Shown here: positions 6,354 to 10,426 of the stretch, in pieces
Position numbering within the stretch: the first letter of the stretch is position 1
Layout of the letters: every line of letters starts with the position of its first letter
The notes under the pieces: generated by a model
The model's database searches: none
What the model was told of the DNA's origin: nothing
Seen by the model: only the letters and a program-made list of their open reading frames with translations
Translations under genes and position numbers: made by a program
Assembly (NCBI GenBank): GCA_046757025.1
Contig: JBHHXN010000182.1
Span: 1-10,426 of the forward strand
Source of the DNA: a bacterium
Lineage (GTDB): Bacteria > Zhuqueibacterota > Zhuqueibacteria > Oceanimicrobiales > Oceanimicrobiaceae
Reading direction: 5' to 3'
DNA length: 10,426 nt

Positions 6354-9300
6354 TTACTTCAACAGCAGCATGCGCTTGGTGGCGCTGAAATCGCCCGCCA
6401 CAATCTGGTAAACGTAAATGCCCGAAGACACCTGCAGGCCACTGCGGTCGCGGGCATCCCATTCAACCACATACTGGCCCGGAAACTTTTGCTCATCCAC
6501 CAGCACGCGCACCAGCTCACCTAATAAATTGTAAATCCGCAATTGCACCGACACGCCGTCGGACATTTTGTTCGGAACGTCGTAGCGGATTTTGGTGGTG
6601 GGATTAAAGGGATTGGGATAGTTCTGCGCCAGTCGAAACGCCACCGGCAACTGTTCTAACTTCAGCTCGAAATCCAATTCATCCACCACATCCAGTAAAA
6701 ACAGATCGGCGTGGGTGTTGGCTGGGCCTTCATACACGATCAACATCTCATTCTCACCCTGGCGCAGGTACTCCACCAAATCGATGGTGATGCGACCTTC
6801 ACGCGGCATGAGAAAGGCGTTGATTTCCGTTGCCACCCGACTCGGATCGGTAAACAGGCTGAACTTGTGGCCGTTCAAATCCACGCGGATTTCAGTCAAT
6901 CCAAAATTTGTCAACTGAAAATAGCGCTCGATTTCAGGAAAAGTAAAGCCAAATTGGCGCTGCGCCCGATCCGTGGAAAGCGAAACAAACACCGGATCAC
7001 AGTTGAATTTGTTGCCGCACACATCGAAAAGATCGATGCTGAAACCCAACGACTGATTCGGGTCGATGGCGTCGATGCGGAACTTGACTTCTTTCGCCCC
7101 CGGCGTGAACGGATCCACCGTCAAGGTGGCGTTGCGCAGCCGCTTGGGTACCACCTCTGCGAGGCCGCTGTGATCATCGAAAAAAGTCCCCACCACCGAA
7201 TTGCCGTCGTGCACAAAAGTACATCTCGGCGGTAGGTTATCGAAATCCACTGTGATGGAATCACTTATGACCTTGATCGCACCCGTGCTGTCTTGAATGC
7301 GGCAGTTAGCCACCACTGCGTTGCGGCCGGATGATAACACCACGGTCGCCACAAATACGCCGTCCACCAGCTCTGCTTCCACCCCGTTGATATCGCAGGT
7401 TACGACCAACGACGAAAGCGAATCGAAATTGGTGGTGGCGGTCACTCTCACCGTGTCGGTACAGACCACCGCCTCGGCTTTTGGCGAAATGATTTCGATA
7501 TCACAGATCAGCGGAGAATTGGCAAACACCTGCACCGTATCAGTACAAACCGATACGTTACCGCAGCTATCGGTGACCGTGCAGGTCGCCACCAGAAAAT
7601 TATCTCCCTCATCTAACGGCACCGTGACCGCAAACGTGTTTCCGGAAACCGATGCCGCCACACCATTCACTTCACACTCAACAGTGAGCGGCGGCGCACC
7701 GCCGCTGAGGGTGGTCCTCCCCACCACCGTCAAGCTGTCGGTACAGAAGACCGAGCTATCCGCAGATGGCGAAGTAATTTCCACCGCACAAACCGGAGCG
7801 CCCGCCGTAAACACCGTCACCGAATCCTTACAAACGGTAACCTGGCCGCAGCTATCGGTGACAGTGCAAACCGCCACCAGGACATTTTCACCCGCAGCTA
7901 ACGGCACCTTTGCCTGAAAGGCGTTGCCCACTACCAGAGCGGGAATGCCGTTAATTTCGCACTCGATGGCAAAGGGCGGAACGCCGCCGCTGATGGTCGT
8001 CACGCCAGCGACGTCTGCACTGTCGGCGCAGGAAAATGTGCTGTCGGCGGGCAAGGTGATTTCCACCTTGCACACTGGCGGCGTACTGGTGAAGACCACC
8101 ACCGAATCCCGGCAAACCGTGATTCTGCCGCAACTGTCTTCCACGGTAAAAACCGCCACCAGCAAATTCGCACCAGCACTGAGTGGCACTGCAGTATGAA
8201 AGGTGTTGCCGCTGACCGTGGCGGCCAGGCTATTCACCGTGATGGAAGTTGTGAACGGCGGCGCTCCGCCGCTCAAATTGGTATCGCCTTTAACTTCTAC
8301 GCTGTCAGCACAGAAAAAAGCGCTGTCGGCGGGAGAAGTGATAGTGATTTCACAGACAGGGGGTTCTGTGCATTCGACCTTCACCGTGTCGCGACAGATC
8401 GTCTGGTTGCCGAGACTGTCGACCACCGTGCAAGTCGCCACCAAAGTTTCGTTTTCAGGTGAACAGGGCAAGATGACACTGAACATATTTTCTTTAATTT
8501 CGGCGTTGACGCCATTAACGTCACAGGTGATGGTAAACGGAGGCAATCCACCGGGTATATTGAGCAGGCCCATCACTTTTACGCTGTCCGTGCAAATAAT
8601 CTCCCCTTCCTTGGGAGCGGTGATATCGACTAAACAAGAAAGTTCTTCTGAACAAATCACTGAAACAGTGGCGGTGACACTGGTTTGATCTTCTGCCGTG
8701 GCCGTGGCCGCGATATCACTTAGACCACCGACCACACTCAAAGTGGTGGCAAAAGTGCCGGCCGCATCCAATGTCACGGGATGGCCGTTTACCATGACCA
8801 CATCGTTCAATCCCACAATGGGAATAGCCGGCAGAACTTGCTTCAGCTCAGCCGGGTCTTCCACTTGCAGGAAAGTGCCACCGGTACCTTCTGCAATAGC
8901 GGAGAGCTCCTCCGCGCTCGATTCTGTGGTGATACCGATTGCGTTGATGACAATGCCTCTGGAGGCGGCCTCGGCGATTTCATCGGCAAGCTCCCCTCCG
9001 ATGCGATTGTTGCCATCCGAAAGAAAAAATACGATGTTCTTTTCATCCTCTGATTGACTTCCCAGGACGGAAAGCACCACCCGCAAAGCCGCTTCAAAAT
9101 TGGTGCTGTTGCCCAAAGAGTCCCGAGAGATGGGCTGAAAAAGCTCAATAGAGCCGCCCGCAATCAGCTCGGAGTCTAGCGACCGCAAAACTTCCTCGAT
9201 GTCGGACAGACCATTTTCGTCCAGATCAACTCGAGGCGGTGCAGTAAAATTTTGGAATCCCGTATTTGGATCGACGTCGGCACTGGCAGGCCGACTGGCA

Positions 9301-9770
9301 AAAGCGATGACCCCGATATCCAATTGCGGCAAATTCCCAATACTTTCATTCAGTGCCAGTATGCCGGCTATTTCCGCATCCAGAATATCCCCTTCGATGT
9401 TATCGCCATTGACATCATCGCCGGCGTCAATCTTACCATCGCCATTGACATCGATGGGCGGATGAAACGCCGGGTCTGTGGTGCTGCCCGAGACATCGAT
9501 GACATAGAGAATGTTTATGGCGTTTTCCGGGGCATCGCTGAGCGTCACAAATCCGCTGACGTCGAAAGTACAGGACGGGGGGCCAGGTGAAATCGTGCCA
9601 TCCAACGGAGAAGTAATGCGCACCGTTAAAATCTGACCGGTGGTCGTGGTGTCGGAATTGGGATTTTGAGCAAATAAGAAATCAGTAAAGAATACTAAAA
9701 CAACAATTGGCAGGAAAATCTTCATCAAAAAGGATAATCCACGGCATCTATGATTAATTGAGCTATTCAT
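6354..9770 (-). CDS. Secreted vWA-domain adhesin-like protein with Cys-rich Ig-like repeats and C-terminal FlgD-Ig/T9SS type-A-like sorting domain (1138 aa)
   Basis: AAGGAG SD 7 nt before the ATG. Signal peptide ...KIFLPIVVLVFFTDFLFA|Q. vWA with complete MIDAS (VIDVSGS at 9483-9503, STNFEAAL, FFLSDG) plus INAIGI and LSAIAEGTGGTF. Five ~94-aa repeats follow, then FRLAQNYPNPFNPTTKIRY...YNLLGELVR.L...WD.RD.SG.QVSSGIYVY...KRMLLLK. Confidence 0.92.
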   Translation of the reverse strand: MNSSINHRCRGLSFLMKIFLPIVVLVFFTDFLFAQNPNSDTTTTGQILTVRITSPLDGTISPGPPSCTFDVSGFVTLSDAPENAINILYVIDVSGSTTDPAFHPPIDVNGDGKIDAGDDVNGDNIEGDILDAEIAGILALNESIGNLPQLDIGVIAFASRPASADVDPNTGFQNFTAPPRVDLDENGLSDIEEVLRSLDSELIAGGSIELFQPISRDSLGNSTNFEAALRVVLSVLGSQSEDEKNIVFFLSDGNNRIGGELADEIAEAASRGIVINAIGITTESSAEELSAIAEGTGGTFLQVEDPAELKQVLPAIPIVGLNDVVMVNGHPVTLDAAGTFATTLSVVGGLSDIAATATAEDQTSVTATVSVICSEELSCLVDITAPKEGEIICTDSVKVMGLLNIPGGLPPFTITCDVNGVNAEIKENMFSVILPCSPENETLVATCTVVDSLGNQTICRDTVKVECTEPPVCEITITSPADSAFFCADSVEVKGDTNLSGGAPPFTTSITVNSLAATVSGNTFHTAVPLSAGANLLVAVFTVEDSCGRITVCRDSVVVFTSTPPVCKVEITLPADSTFSCADSADVAGVTTISGGVPPFAIECEINGIPALVVGNAFQAKVPLAAGENVLVAVCTVTDSCGQVTVCKDSVTVFTAGAPVCAVEITSPSADSSVFCTDSLTVVGRTTLSGGAPPLTVECEVNGVAASVSGNTFAVTVPLDEGDNFLVATCTVTDSCGNVSVCTDTVQVFANSPLICDIEIISPKAEAVVCTDTVRVTATTNFDSLSSLVVTCDINGVEAELVDGVFVATVVLSSGRNAVVANCRIQDSTGAIKVISDSITVDFDNLPPRCTFVHDGNSVVGTFFDDHSGLAEVVPKRLRNATLTVDPFTPGAKEVKFRIDAIDPNQSLGFSIDLFDVCGNKFNCDPVFVSLSTDRAQRQFGFTFPEIERYFQLTNFGLTEIRVDLNGHKFSLFTDPSRVATEINAFLMPREGRITIDLVEYLRQGENEMLIVYEGPANTHADLFLLDVVDELDFELKLEQLPVAFRLAQNYPNPFNPTTKIRYDVPNKMSDGVSVQLRIYNLLGELVRVLVDEQKFPGQYVVEWDARDRSGLQVSSGIYVYQIVAGDFSATKRMLLLK
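7240..8636 (-). repeat. Five tandem intragenic ~94-aa Cys-rich Ig-like repeats
   Basis: First-Cys codons start at 8636, 8354, 8072, 7790 and 7505 (spacing 282, 282, 282, 285 nt). Consensus C.VEITSP.D....C.DSV.V.G...SGG.PP....C.VNG..A.V.GN.F...VPL..G.N.LVA.CTV.DSCG..TVC.D.V.VF. Confidence 0.9.
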
Positions 9771-9821
9771 TTTTTTACTCCTTTAATTTGATGCGCAGCT
9801 CGGGTTATTTTAACAATTTTT

Positions 9822-9896
9822 TCATAGCAGGAACTCGTCACCTCCTCTTACAAAACACGGGAATCTGTTTGAGTAAAATAGGACAGGTACAAACAT
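9822..9896 (-). CDS. Possible 24-aa leader ORF upstream of the vWA gene
   Basis: AAGGGGG lies 7 nt before the ATG. The ORF reads MFVPVLFYSNRFPCFVRGGDEFLL*, and its TGA overlaps (ATGA) a 6-codon ORF MKKLLK* (9825-9805). No homology evidence. Confidence 0.2.
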   Translation of the reverse strand: MFVPVLFYSNRFPCFVRGGDEFLL

Positions 9897-10026
9897 AGAT
9901 AGGCCCCCTTCGGTTGTTGTCGGTATATTTACAATAAAAGATAAAAATTGCAAAAATCAAGGTCTATTTTGAATTAGCGTAATATATTTTATTTATTCGC
10001 AATTAGTTGTGTAGTTTCTATCTAAT

Positions 10027-10176
10027 TAGTGTCCATCCGTAAAGAGCCCTTTTTTGTCATTCGCCCAATCTTTAAGCGGGAATCCATTGAGCCGTTAGGC
10101 ATGAGATTCCCGATGAGCTTGTCCCTGCATGTTGTAAGCAGGGAGCACTCGGGAATGCGATTACGGATGGACACTA
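10027..10176. mobile_element. MITE-like element A (150 bp)
   Basis: Perfect 16-bp terminal inverted repeats TAGTGTCCATCCGTAA (10027-10042) / TTACGGATGGACACTA (10161-10176), with TA at both ends and no coding capacity. Confidence 0.7.
10055..10157. repeat. REP-like nested palindromes inside element A
   Basis: TGTCATTC...CGGGAATC (10077-10084) / GATTCCCG (10105-10112); ATTCCCGA (10106-10113) / TCGGGAAT (10149-10156); inner hairpin TCCCTGC (10122-10128) / GCAGGGA (10138-10144). Resembles the widespread GTCATTCCC...GGGAATCC REP/dRS3-like repeats. Confidence 0.6.
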
Positions 10177-10178
10177 CT

Positions 10179-10365
10179 TAGTGTCTGAATGAGAGCATGA
10201 TGAGAAATGCGCGACATAAAATCCTTTTCGCGAAGGCGTTCCTGCGACGAGGCTCAGGACAGGCCCTTCGACAAAGCTCAGAACAGGCCCCGGCCGAGCT
10301 AAGCAGGATTTCATCCTTGGCCAGCAGGCTTTCGGGAAGATAGGGTAGTTTTCGTTCGGACACTA
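10179..10365. mobile_element. MITE-like element B (187 bp)
   Basis: Imperfect terminal inverted repeats TAGTGTCTGAATGA (10179-10192) / TCGTTCGGACACTA (10352-10365), 12/14 matches. Shares the TAGTGTC...GACACTA tips with element A and starts 2 bp after it. Confidence 0.6.
10241..10288. repeat. Two tandem 24-bp REP-like units inside element B
   Basis: CCTGCGACGAGGCTCAGGACAGGC (10241-10264) and CCTTCGACAAAGCTCAGAACAGGC (10265-10288) are 20/24 identical. They resemble the common CCTTCGACAxGCTCAGG intergenic repeat type. Confidence 0.7.
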
Positions 10366-10426
10366 TTTAAGTAATTCCTAATGCAGCGAAAAGCCGCAAA
10401 CCGAAAAGCGAAATTCGCAAAAAGGA

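Noticed and set aside
6711..9590. Many plus-strand ORFs (e.g. 7297-7917, 8203-8688, 6711-7235) and alternate-frame minus ORFs
   Set aside because: Antisense or frame shadows of the GC-richer, repetitive vWA gene; no recognisable motifs.
10241..10288. CRISPR array
   Set aside because: Only two abutting imperfect repeats, no spacers and no cas genes.
10178..10363. 61-aa minus ORF containing ACSELCRRACPEPRRR
   Set aside because: Coincides with MITE-like element B; the peptide repeat is just the translation of the 24-bp tandem units.
10386..10426. Short CGAAA/CGCAAA-rich low-complexity run at the window end
   Set aside because: Truncated by the window edge and too degenerate to interpret.

Overview
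Bacterial genomic window. Two secreted proteins end in a QNYPNPFNPTT...FlgD-Ig/T9SS-type-A-like C-terminal domain, which suggests an FCB-related lineage such as KSB1, Calditrichota or Zixibacteria (inference). From left to right: (1) a minus-strand two-gene unit encoding an unusual GntR(YtrA)-HTH + GAF + PP2C/SpoIIE phosphatase fusion and a stand-alone YtrA-type GntR paralog, preceded by a perfect YtrA-like operator (TGTA-N13-TACA); (2) a divergent secreted Fn3 + HExxH metallopeptidase-like protein; (3) a decayed stretch (about 4600-6250) containing a 5'-truncated cytochrome c gene and an internally deleted membrane partner gene; (4) a 1138-aa secreted vWA adhesin-like protein with five Cys-rich ~94-aa Ig-like repeats; (5) two adjacent MITE-like elements with nested REP-like palindromes. 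The best candidate for an undescribed system is the GntR-GAF-PP2C / GntR / operator module. All calls were made by eye; no database searches were run.
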